Assembly: GCA_951406725.2 (NCBI GenBank)
Contig: OX597824.1
Location: 97,464,001-97,528,000 of the forward strand
DNA: 64,000 nt
Origin: Octopus vulgaris
Lineage: Eukaryota
Direction of reading: 5' to 3'
Shown: positions 51,627-63,472 of the stretch, piece by piece
How positions within the stretch are numbered: position 1 is the first letter of the stretch
Layout: each line of letters begins with the position of its first letter
Notes under the pieces: generated by a model
Told to the model about the DNA's origin: nothing
Database searches by the model: none
What the model saw: the letters and a program-made list of their open reading frames with translations, nothing else
Program-made: the position numbers and the translations under genes

Positions 51627-52150
51627 TACATACACACATGAATGCATACATACATATATACGTACGTGTGTGTGTATGTATAAATATGTGTATATATGTG
51701 TATGTATATATTATATATATATATAATACATATATACATATATACGTGTATATATATATATACTTATATACATATGTACATATATACTTATATATATATA
51801 TACATATACATATATACTTATATATTTATATACATATATATATATATATACTTATATATATATGTACATACATATATATATATACTTATATATATGTACA
51901 TATATATATATATACTTATATATATGTACATACATATATATATACTTATATATATGTACATATATATATATATACTTATATATATGTACATACATATATA
52001 TATATTATATATATGTACATACATATATATATATACTTATATATATTTACATACATATATATATACACACATATATACTTATCTATACTTATATACATAG
52101 ATATGTATACTTATATACATACATATATACTTATATATAATATATACATG
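51545..52150. repeat. (TA)n-derived minisatellite with a ~30-bp unit (TATACTTATATATATGTACATAYATATATA)
   Basis: Regularly spaced ACTT and GTAC interruptions. Confidence 0.9.
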
Positions 52151-52160
52151 GATATATGTC

Positions 52161-52381
52161 TTGCCCACAGGTGGCTAAACACAGAGGGGACAAACAAAGA
52201 CAGACCAAGGGATTAAGTTGATTACATCGACCTCAGTGTATAACTGGCACTTATTTAATCGACCCCGAAAGGATGAAAAGCAAAGTCTACCTCGGCGGAA
52301 TGTGAACTCAGAACGTAGCGGCAGACGAAATACGGCTAAGCATTTCGCCCGGCGTGCTGACGATTCTGCCAGCTCGCCGCC
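52161..52381 (-). mobile_element. SINE family B, full length
   Basis: Reverse complement of 243-471, ending TTCTGCCAGCTCGCCGCC. Confidence 0.9.
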
Positions 52382-52395
52382 ATAATCTGTCTCTC

Positions 52396-52457
<62 letters not shown>

Positions 52458-52616
52458 TGTTTATGTATTTATGTGTGATAGATAGATAGATACACACACA
52501 TATATATCATATAACAAATTATATAATTCATAAAGAATAAACATCTGTGTTCTGAACATTATTAGCTTTACAGCTGGTTCTGCAATAGGCTGCAATGCAC
52601 TCATAACTGAGTGCGT

Positions 52617-53080
52617 GTGTACAGAGCGTAGTAAGAGATTATACACATGACAAGGAAACAAGAAACCACGTAGTGAACTTCACTAGCTTACAGCTGTTTC
52701 TGCTAAGACTTCAACCTATGTTCCACTGTATAAGTATATTATGCACAAATTTATCCAAGCTTCATATTTCTGGAGTGGCTTTTCCCCTTCAGACTCGATA
52801 CTACATTTTGTCATAGCTTCGTTATAGCTTTCAAAATGAAGAGCAAATTTATTTGGGACAGCATTTCTATAGATGGAAACCATCAACAAAATTTAGTATC
52901 GAGTTTAAAGGGGAAAAGCCACTCCAGAAATATGAAGACTTGGATAAATTTGGGCATATATGCGTATGCAGAGGGACATTGGTTGAAGTCTTCGCAGAAA
53001 CAGCTGTAAGCTAGTGAAGTTCATTACGTGGTTTCTTGTTTCTTTGCCATTTGTATAATCCCTTATTACGCTCTGTACAC
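52617..53080. mobile_element. Fold-back element H3 with GAAAC-AGCT-GTA in both arms
   Basis: Arms ~52617-52811 and ~52886-53080 are highly complementary (AACAAGAAACCACGTAGTGAACTTCACTAGCTTACAGCTGTTTCTGC / GCAGAAACAGCTGTAAGCTAGTGAAGTTCATTACGTGGTTTCTTGTT). Confidence 0.9.
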
Positions 53081-53579
53081 GACCAATGCTTTCTCTGAAG
53101 CGTATGTGTGTTGAGTTCCAACACTAGGTTCTAAGTATGACTATGCCTACAAGAAATAGTAATGTAAAAATTTTCAAAAAATCATCCCATCCGGAAGAGT
53201 TCAAACGTATATATATTGTGTGAGTGTGTGCGTTATATAGATGGGGAGAGAGACAGACAGACAGACAAATAAATAGATAGGGATAGATAGGTAGGTACAT
53301 ACATACAAACATACATACATACATACATACATACATACATACATACATACATACATACATACATAGACACACATGAAAAGGATGAGGAGAAAATCTGTAA
53401 AAATGCAGAAATTTTCTTCCATGAAAACTAAAATAACATTCATTTTAATATATTAGGAATATTTCTGGTTCATAGACTTTAAACAAGATGAACAGGAATT
53501 GGAACAGAATCGAGACAGTTTTGTCGAATACCATTTGGCCAGAGTTGTCCTTGTAATGACAATATTATGGGACGTGAAA

Positions 53580-53798
53580 GGCGGCGAGCTGGCAGAAATG
53601 GTAGCACGCCGGACGAAATGCATGGCGCTATTTTGTCTGTCTTTACGTTGTGTTCAAATTCCGCCGAGGTCGACTTTGCCTTTCATCCTTCCGGAGTCGA
53701 TAGGTTAAGTACCAGTTGCGTACTAGGGTCGATCTAATCGATCGCCCCCCCCCACCTCCCCAAAAAGTTCGGGCCTTGTGCCTAGAGTAGAAAAGAAT
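53580..53798 (+). mobile_element. SINE family B with an alternative 3' tail
   Basis: GGCGGCGAGCTGGCAGAA...TTCAAATTCCGCCGAGGTCGACTTTGCCTTTCATCCTT...GGCCTTGTGCCTAGAGTAGAAAAG. Confidence 0.88.
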
Positions 53799-54206
53799 AT
53801 AATGGGACATTAAATCTAAGAAGGCGAAGCCATAAATGACATCGTTGCTGAGACTACTTTTTATAAGAAAACGTAAACGTAGACCTACATAAAATCAATC
53901 CATACATGCGTGTGTGTGTTTGTGTGTGTGTGTGTGTGTATGTGTGCGTGTGTGTGTGTTTCCTGTGGTTCTCTGTGTATGGGTGTTAATTTATGGTTAT
54001 TTATTTAAAGCAAGTTTAAACTTAACAAAAGAATATTTGCTAACGAGGTGATAAACTCTGAAAGTAGAACCGAATTTCTAATAAATTTGTCTTCACGAAG
54101 GACTGGGTTTCATCGCATAGTTTGTTGGCTAAAGAGCTAAGCGGACCCTAAATACAAGTCCAAACAAATATATTACGCATGCGCACCTACACCCACATGT
54201 ACACAC

Positions 54207-54278
<72 letters not shown>

Positions 54279-54295
54279 CATATATATATAAATAT

Positions 54296-54490
54296 AATGA
54301 TTGACCGCTAGCTCACAAAGATTTTTTTTATTCTCTCTCTCTCTCTCTTTATTTCCTCGTGTTCCTTTCTGTTGAAGAGCGTAGGCTCGAAACGTAAAAG
54401 ACTTTCTCACTTTCCCGAGCGTTAAACTAATACACTTGTTTATTGATTATACACCCGTCCACGTCTTTTGCTTTTTTTGTAAATTTCAAC
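54296..54490 (+). mobile_element. (TA)n-embedded ~195-bp HHR-bearing element
   Basis: Lies between (TA)n runs; homologous to 21835-22008 and 9432-9636. Confidence 0.72.
54365..54400 (+). ncRNA. Putative type-I minimal hammerhead ribozyme (A6U variant)
   Basis: CUUU-CUGUUGA-A-GAGC(GUAG)GCUC-GAAA-CG-UA-AAAG. Helices I and II are fully paired, palindromic ACGU helix III, GUA triplet. Confidence 0.65.
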
Positions 54491-54510
54491 TATATATACG
54501 TGTGTGTATG

Positions 54511-54549
<39 letters not shown>

Positions 54550-55197
54550 AATCCAAAAAGTCGAAGAACAAACACACAAAAAAATCAGCCTCTGTTTCTT
54601 TATTCAAGTCGGTTTATTGACAAAAATATTTCCTCATATTTACCAAATATATATTCTTCCTGTAACTAATAGTTTAATGCGCCGTTCACCATTCACTGAT
54701 CGATTAAATGGGCTGTTCGTTTGCATGGCATTTTCACAAATATATTGGTCTTATTAGCGATAAACGAAATATTTTTGGCTGATTAGGGCCATTTCCTCCT
54801 TCGTTTAGAAACTGGCAGTCTGTTACGCCGGCGTGTATACATTAATAGCCTGTACGTTTAATAATATCCACACTATCTATATTCATGATGATAATGGTTA
54901 AACGCGTGTTATTTTCTCGCTTGCATTTACTCAAGGTACATTGATCAATGTCCACACAACAAATATATATTTTATGGGTGTTTATTTTAATATACGTAAC
55001 ATACATTTATTTTTTTTTACGTAGCATTTTCACTAAACTTGTTATAGATACACACAGACACGCACACACACATATACATATACACAAATATATATTTTTC
55101 TATTCGTTAGTGTGTCTGTATATAATCTATAAATATGAGTGTGCATCTATATATGAATGTACATTTATGCATATGTGTGTGTGTTTTCTGCATGTAT

Positions 55198-55241
<44 letters not shown>

Positions 55242-55342
55242 TTATGTAAGTATGTATGTTTATATCCATGTGTATGATTGCATATACATTATATAAGCAG
55301 ACTTATACATTTATAAATATATAGTTATATAGTTATGTGTAT

Positions 55343-55377
<35 letters not shown>

Positions 55378-55410
55378 TGTATCTATAATATCATAGAATA
55401 TGTGCATCAT

Positions 55411-55452
<42 letters not shown>

Positions 55453-56094
55453 ATATACATACGTATGCACATATATATGTGTGTGCGTGTGTATCTATGT
55501 ATATATATATATATTGTGTGTATGTATATAAATACGTACACACATATCGAGTGTCTACGACATCCGAGTCTGCGAGTAATATAACAATAAATAGACACAA
55601 CTGCCATGTTAGTTGATATCCTTATTATTCACTATCGATATTGAACCGAGACACATACATGTATATATGTATGTATATATGGTGCTATATATATAATACT
55701 GTTTGTAGAGCGTGTGAGTGAGTGTGTATGTTATAACTCTGCCATCTCATTAAAGTAAATATCTATATTGTGTTTACATCTAAACTTAATCTGCCGCCCT
55801 CCTCTGCACATCTGCTGGACGATGGATATTTCAGCGCTTTTCTCACAAACCGCTTCTCTCAAATTATGATCAATGCTCGCAACATCTGTGCTGCGGTCGC
55901 AAATTTCAGTGCCTCAAGCTGCGTCGGTGTGTCTGTCCGTGCATGTGTCTGTGAGCGTGAATTTGTATGCACGCACACAGAAACACAGACACACACATAC
56001 ACAACGCACGCTCACAGTCACATACACACACACACACATTACAGACAGATGGACAATCAGATAGATGGGAAGAGAGAGAAAATCGGGCAACAAA

Positions 56095-56108
56095 TAGATG
56101 GATGGATG

Positions 56109-56197
<89 letters not shown>

Positions 56198-56416
56198 GTA
56201 CGTGCATAAACATATATTGTTATTGTTCTTTCTTAGGAAAAATATAGAACTGCTTAAGAAGTGCTCGGCCTGAACCCGAGACCAAAGATAAGAATTAAGA
56301 TAGAAATTCAAATTAGGCAATCGAACTCATACAGTTATAAATACGACTTAAAAATATGAATATCTAAAAAAAGATATTTATAATATATAAACATTTATAT
56401 ATATATATATAGATAT

Positions 56417-56503
<87 letters not shown>
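56095..56503. repeat. Two (GATA)n microsatellites
   Basis: Direct read, 56095-56196 and ~56410-56503. Confidence 0.9.
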
Positions 56504-56504
<1 letters not shown>

Positions 56505-58050
56505 GCTTTATTTTATAATAAACATTGAAGTGGGTACGATGTAAAAATTTACTCTGTCCCCCCTATCCCAGAAATGACAGGTTTAATGTGGAACCGATCC
56601 CATGAAGACCTTCTATGCCCTGAGGCTTAACTCTTGCCGATAAGCCTTCTACATTGTTAAGATATATATTAATAATATATAATATTCACTTGGTTTGGCT
56701 TACAAGTTGCCCGAATGATATAGGCTACCCTTCTCACTTACAATGCCTGGTTTTAGCTCTGTCCTGAACCAATATGAACTAAGCCCAATGCCATTCCAGA
56801 ATGACCGACCCTCCTGTGTTTCAGCAGATATATAGATAGATATAATGTACGTAGAATTACAGTATCATTATCGTTATTATTATTATTAAGACGTCCAAAT
56901 GACGCAATGATTAGCACTCTCTGCGAAGTTTCCTCCGTCTTTACGTTCTGAGTCCTGTAAAGAAGCCCGTCGCTGTTTAATTCAAAAGGCACAACCGTGT
57001 CACACACTGTGTCACTCTGATTCTATTTGAGGATCATATTAACGGTGCCCGTGCCTGTGGAATACTCAGCCTTTTATGAGTTAATTTAATGAACAAGTCA
57101 TTCAGATGATCGAACAACTGAATCCTCATCGTCGAAACCGACGGAGATCCATTTACTTACCGCTGTCTCCATATTTATTGTTGTTAACTCACAAATCTGC
57201 CTTTATTTAACGCAGCCTAAGGTTGAAGACAGTCCAAGCTTGACAATCTCGTCTTTTTGTATATGGTTTCGGCGCTTGTCCTTACTGTTGTTCCTGTTGC
57301 TGCTTAGTTCCACATAAGTCTTGGTCGAATACTCCTGCCATGACCATCAGGTGTTTTTTCTTCTCAAGATATAACCATGGTTTCAAATTTTGTATCGATG
57401 ACGGCAGTTTTGTGGGAAGAAGGTTTTGTGGGAAGTCGATTCCATCGAGCTCCGAAGAGCGAGAGCAAAGTCAACAGCGTCGGGATCTCAACTGAAAACC
57501 TAAAGAGTCGGGAACTAATAAGCTTACTATATAAAATGCAGCTTCATTACCCAATATGTTCTTTCTTTTTCAAGGTAATTGGTATCACATGCAGTAGATT
57601 TGACTGCTATTTCTCGCAGTCTGAGAGGGCACAAGTGCTCTCTTGCTAATTTCTTGATGGAATTGGTGTTATTGTTTCTGCTCGTGTTCTCGTCATGTTC
57701 TTCTTCTGCTGAAGTGCAGTCATTGCAGTTGCACCACTCCGTGTTGTCACCAACTTTATATTCCTCAACGTCATCACTGGAATTCATATTTACACCATTT
57801 TGAAGAGAATCCAATTTCCTTCCAACACCTTACATTCCACTATTTCTCGCCATGGTAACATCCCTAACAGAAATGACACAAGGCACAGCTATCTTGGTTT
57901 TTTCTTTTTACGCTGGCCTTGTCACTAAGAAAATGAATTATTAATTTAATCCCTCAAATAAGGAGTTTTAGCCCCCTCCATACACAAAGCCCATTCTCGA
58001 GAGTAAAGTTTCATTCACGGGTTAAAAAAGACACAATTATCAATGACATG

Positions 58051-58097
<47 letters not shown>

Positions 58098-58099
<2 letters not shown>

Positions 58100-59632
58100 G
58101 ATAAATAAGACAATGAACATGTTTGGAATAGCAAAAACATGGAGGAAATGTTTAATGAAAGTACGAAACATTGGAATACTGAATTGATTAGAGGAAACCA
58201 AAACCTCGGAAGTGTGAACATGAGACATGGAATATTCCAAGGTGATAGCTTATCTCCATTCCAGTTCGTATTGGTTATGGCACCACTCACTATGATACTA
58301 CGAAAAGTTAAAATTACGATTTGGGAAAAGGAAATATTTAGATAAATCATCTCCTTTTCAAGGATGATATAAAGGTTTATGGGAAAAATGAGAAACAGTT
58401 TGAAAATCCTGAACATATCCGCATTTTCTTAAATGACGTAGGTATCGAATTTGACATAGAAAGGTGCACTATATTGAAAATGAACGAGGAAGATTCGAAA
58501 GAAACCAGGGAAGTGAAATACCAAAAGGGCAAACAATGAGAGCGGAGCGCAGTTGGGAAAGGACGGTGGTGTAAGTACTTGGGAAAACTGGAAGCAGACA
58601 AAATAAAAAGTGAAGAAATGAAACAAATACCCACTAGGGAGTACACAAAGAGAAAATTATTGCAGTCAAAGCTGAATTAAAAGCTCTCATTGAAGCAATA
58701 AGAGCAGTACCCTTAATCAGATTTGGAGCTGGAATTATAGACTGGACCAAAAACGATGCAAAGGAACTTGACAGAAAAACTAGAAAGTTTTTAACAATAT
58801 ATGGAGCCCACCATCTGAAAGCTGATATCAACTGGCTGTACTTGAGGAGAGACCAGGGTCGAAGAGGTTTAACAGAAATAGAAGAATGTGTACAGGTAGA
58901 AAGAAAAAGCCTAGTAGAGTATTTACAAAACAACACAGAAAAACTATTAAAGGTAGTTAAGAAAGAACAGGTGATGAAGCGCGAAATAAGATAAAATAAC
59001 AAGAATGAAATACAAGGAGAGCACATCAGACAGGTTGAAGAAAAACTGCTGCATGGCCTATTTTGGAGAGTCACTGAAGATGTAGGTGGAACAATATCCT
59101 GGGCTTGCTTAAAAAAGGGACAATTACAAAAAGAAACAGAGAATCTAATTGTAGCAGTCCAAGATCAAGTGATAAAAACATAATTTGAGAAAAGCTATAG
59201 AGAGAGAGAGTAAGTGTCAGAAAAAAGTAGAGCCTGTGAAACATGGAACGAGACAGTGGCACACATTGTGGCAGAATGCCCCAACCTGGCACAGGAAGAA
59301 TATAAGAAATAGAGGCACGACCAGGTTGTAAATGTTTTTACACAGGAAACTGTGCCAGAAATGGGGATTTGAAGCTGGAAACACATGGTACAAGCAACAC
59401 GCCGAAAGAGTACTGGAGTCGGAGAAATTTTGTGGGACTTTTCTGTTCAGATAAAGAGTTAGAAAATATTAGACCGGACATAACAATTATAAATAAGTAA
59501 AAGCGAAGTTGCTTTCTATTCGACCCGTTTGATTCCAGGATCGTAAAGAAAGAGGACAAGAAATAAAAAGAATAGAATCTCTTGAAAGTTGAAATAGGAA
59601 GAATTTAGAGCACGAGGACAGTAAAGGTCGTG
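58098..59632 (+). mobile_element. Dong/R4-clade non-LTR retrotransposon, 5'-truncated RT-to-endonuclease pseudogene starting at (TAA)n
   Basis: RHGIFQGDSLSP (RT), DDIKVYGKNE, KYLG, FGAGIIDWTK...LDRKTRKFLT...LYL.R..GRRGL, KLLHG, ETENLIVAVQDQ, AC...NETVAHIVAECPNLA...RHD, WDF...IRPDI. Many stops and frameshifts. (TAA)n at 58052-58097. Confidence 0.93.
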
Positions 59633-60294
59633 CAGAATAGACAACACGACCGATAGTCACAAATGTGGAGAGAAGAGTGACACGGTATGGCACATCGTTA
59701 TCGAATGACCGAAATTGGCACAATGCAAAAACAAACGACGCATGACAATGTGACAAGAATGATCCACTGGGAATTGTGAGGAAATCACGACCTACAAAGA
59801 GCAAAGATGTGTTATGAGAAAAAACCCCAGAAGGAGTCACCGAGAATGAGAATTGCAAAATCCTGTGGAATGTAATGATCTGGTGCTTACACCTGATCTG
59901 ACATCGGAAACCGGACATTGTTGTGGTGAATAAAAAAAGAAAGAACTTATATGATAATCGACAGAGCATACCCCGGTGATAACAGAATCAATGTGAAAGA
60001 AGAAGAAATAAACAACTATGAACATTTAAAGAGGGAAATACGAAGGTTGTGGTGAATGGGGAGAGTAGACGTGATACCAATAGTAATTGGTGCAATTAGA
60101 AGTATCAGCACTCAACTACCAACATGGCTGAAAAAGATTGGTGCAAATGTGAAGGTAGAACACTTAGAAAAATGAGCATTGAATTCTTCGCAGTGTTCTT
60201 GAAACATGACTAGTAAACAAGTGTCCCCTTAGTCTACTGGCTGTGGACAGCTGACACTTACCATCATACACAGCACAATAAACTGTGAGTTTTC

Positions 60295-60348
<54 letters not shown>
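59633..60348 (+). mobile_element. Second Dong/R4-clade 3' end fused directly to the first, with a (TAA)n tail
   Basis: KCGEKSDTVWHIVIE*PKLAQ..HDNVTRMIHWEL..CKILWN..RKPDIVVVNK..YPGDNRI..YEHLKREIRRLW..VIPIVIGAI, followed by a 3' UTR, (TAA)n, then (GAA)n to 60393. Confidence 0.9.
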
Positions 60349-60376
<28 letters not shown>

Positions 60377-60723
60377 AAGAAGAAGAAGAAGAAATCAAAG
60401 CTAATAAAGCGAAGTGAGAGAATGTATCTCCGATACTATGGGGATGGGAGAAGAATGTTTCGGTAAAGAATCATTGGACAGGTTTTAAGGGCAAGACCAA
60501 CCGGCAGGGAACCCAGGTGCACAAAAGCAAGATGGTTAGATAACAAACATTAATGAGCTCGTTTAGACTCGCTTGTTCGCTTGGAAAACCAGCAGGATGA
60601 ATTGGGGGTGATTGCTTTGAAAGGACCCGATGGAAGGATTCATTAAAGACGCTGCGCCCCTCCCAGGATTATGCGGGCGAAGAAGATGGGATTGTTATTT
60701 TTGTTGTTGTTATTCTTGTTAAT

Positions 60724-60926
60724 GCAGCGAGTTGGCAGAATCGTTAGCACACCGGGCAAAATGCATGGCGTAATTTCGTCCTTCTTTGCGTTCTGAGTTC
60801 AAATTCTGTCGAGGTTGGCTTTGTGTCTCATCCTTTCGGGGTCGATAAATTAAGTACCACTAGGCATGATGTAATCGATTAGACTTCTCTCCACAAGTTT
60901 CAGTCCCTGAGCCTTTAGTGGAAACG

Positions 60927-60927
<1 letters not shown>
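60724..60927 (+). mobile_element. SINE family B
   Basis: GCGAGTTGGCAGAATCGTTAGCAC...CTGAGTTCAAATTC...TCATCCTTTCGGGGTCGATAAATTAAGTACC. Confidence 0.82.
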
Positions 60928-60964
<37 letters not shown>

Positions 60965-61499
60965 TGCTTACATAACTATATTTCTTTAGACATCTTATAA
61001 GTATTATGTCTGTGGTCGAATAGATTTAAACAAAAATATTTTCAAATTATTTTCAACATTCCAACACTTCAGCAAAAGACATACATTCATAAATACACCT
61101 GTATGGATATACTTCTCTGACTGTATGCGTGCTTATGTGTATGTGTGTGTTTGTGTGAGTGTATGTGTGTGTGTGTATTATTCGCTCCAGTATTGAAATC
61201 AAACAAAAGTTCTAATAGTCCATTATTTTGATGGAAACAAACTGTGAAAATATGAAGTAATTAGTTTGGATAACAATAGAATATTAAAGAAATGTGCAAA
61301 ATAAAGGAATATTAATGAATAAACATGAAGAGAGACTAATTGAAAGACGAAATACTAAGCTGTAGCCCATACATAATATGTGTAGATACAAACTGTATAT
61401 ATGTGTATATATAAATTGTAATATAGATTGTATGTAAGTAGTAACTACCATAGCAGTAGTAGAAAGACTTGAGCTGGGTTTCTGGCAAAACTATTAGAA

Positions 61500-62120
61500 T
61501 CTATCTGTGTTTCGTCTCTTCGTTGGTTTCGATCTCTGGATTAGTCAGAAGGAGGGTGTCGTTGCCCATGGATTTCTTTTTATGCCACGACCTTTCTGTG
61601 CTTTGGGCTATCGATACGGTTTATTTCAGCTTTGATATCCGTGAGTCGCCGCTTGTAGACGACAGCATTGATGGCTGAATCGAAAAGCGCTTTCGTATAC
61701 GAGAGTAAGCTGTCTGGAACATGAAGACGCAGCAAAATGGTTGTAGGGAATGTGAGTTAGCTGGGGACATATAAGGGCCAAGTGGCAGTTGAAACCATGA
61801 GACGGATTAAATCTTCTACCCACAAGGTTGGCTGATGAGGACAGAAGTTTGGAGAAGGTTGAAATTAAAGTTGACATTTTGCGAATAAAAGTTTTGTTGA
61901 ACTGCTTAGTTTGGGAGTTGGGCCGTGGGACTCGGTGTGAGTAACAAGCAGAGGAGAGACATACGATTAATTTTGCCTTCATTCATCTCGTTGGAGTCAA
62001 TGTTTACATTAGTTACCGGCTCCCCTCGTAACTCAGTCAAACACCCAAAGCACAAAGAAACCAGGGATGGTCAGCGTCAGTAATAATCTGTGAACTGGGA
62101 GACTTCTTAGAAGCGTTTAG
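61500..62120 (-). pseudogene. Possible very old CR1/Jockey-group LINE remnant
   Basis: YTDA (YADD-like) upstream, then ISTFSKLLS..LVGRRFNP....LALICPQL resembles the HI..I.K.AS....RRFF.P...YKA.IRP.L stretch. Weak match. Confidence 0.3.
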
Positions 62121-63226
62121 TAATTCCAATTGCTATAAGGGGTGAGAAAACCTAACGTTTTCAATCTTTGCATCTCATCTACAACTAAGACTTCCAGCAT
62201 GTATAAAGTGCATCCGTTAGTTTTACTTTTGTAACTTCTGATAGCTTTATCAGGTAAAAAAGTACCACACCCTTTTCAATGCCACCAGCCTTACTGACAG
62301 GTCGAGAATTTGGCCCCAATTTTTTTTACAATTCAGAACTCTACCAAAGTTTTCGTAGGATCAACTGCGTACGATGGATTGAGACTACCGTCACGGATTA
62401 GTGGATTATATAGGCTTAAATAATACGTAACAACCGAGAGTATTAAGCATTCTTTCGCTCAAAGATTGTTCATACTTTGTTGACCTGGACATCGTCATCT
62501 CAAGATCCAATTATTTTAAATATCACACTAGCCTTAACTACAAGCAAATCATAACCTTATGCAAACGCAACTAAAGATATAGTTAAAATAAATTAAAACT
62601 CTTACCATCCAACGTCAATTGTGCATCAAGCTAGCAAATAACACCAGAAAGGCAATAATGGATCTAGATTCAATACAGACATATTCAGTAACAATATACT
62701 CCACTTCAATAAGTTATTGAGGATGAAAATAAAATAAGAATATGCGGAACGACCCTTATACATTATCCGTTGGGACAGATATGGCTAGAACGCTTTTGAT
62801 TACAGGTCATCAGGATCAGGACTGACCTGGGGCTAAACAACAACAATTCAAGCTAAAGGTATCGACTGAGAGACGGACATCTTCAGCCAATTCCAAACAC
62901 CAAACTGCAATGAAATAATTGAATAGAAACTACCATTAATGAAGAATTATCTTCAGTAATCAAAGACACTATTGTTCCATTAATGGCCATTCCATTTATA
63001 CCAGTTTTAACTTCAATGATGTTGTTAATAGAGTCAATAGCCGATGGCGGTAAGTAAACCTCGATATATTGGAGCGCATTTCCTCAAAGCAATTCACTTT
63101 TACGGTCAACCAGTAAATACGAAGATAAAGAGGTCAATCGCTACTCATACAAATAATCGAAGACCAATCGCTTCACTGCGTCATAACACCGTTTTATATA
63201 AGCCTGAAATACACAAAGTCAACGCA

Positions 63227-63312
63227 ATGTGGTTGAGACGCTTGCTTCGCAACCATGATGTTTTGGGTTCTATCCCACTTCACGTCACTTTGGCCAAGTG
63301 TTTTTTTTTTAC
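63227..63312 (+). mobile_element. SINE family A head fragment
   Basis: TGTGGTTGAGACGCTTGCTTCGCAACCA...GGGTTCTATCCCACT...TTGGCCAAGTGT. Confidence 0.65.
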
Positions 63313-63389
63313 TGTGGTATCGAATAGATCTGGTAATAGAAACGCAGAAGAAGAGAGAAATAAGATGGAATATAAATAGCCAAATATCT

Positions 63390-63472
<83 letters not shown>

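Noticed and set aside
51449-52216. Longest ORF (255 aa) and the many YI/CV/HT/LSIY-rich ORFs
   Set aside because: These are translations of TA, CA and GATA microsatellites that lack stops by composition; they are not genes.
58634-59969. Minus-strand ORFs of 146 and 160 aa
   Set aside because: Antisense shadows of the plus-strand Dong/R4 pseudogenes.
62780-62847. CTGATGA on the minus strand as a hammerhead core
   Set aside because: No helix II or GAAA follows; it is part of the (CAA)n-tailed repeat, whose other copies lack it.
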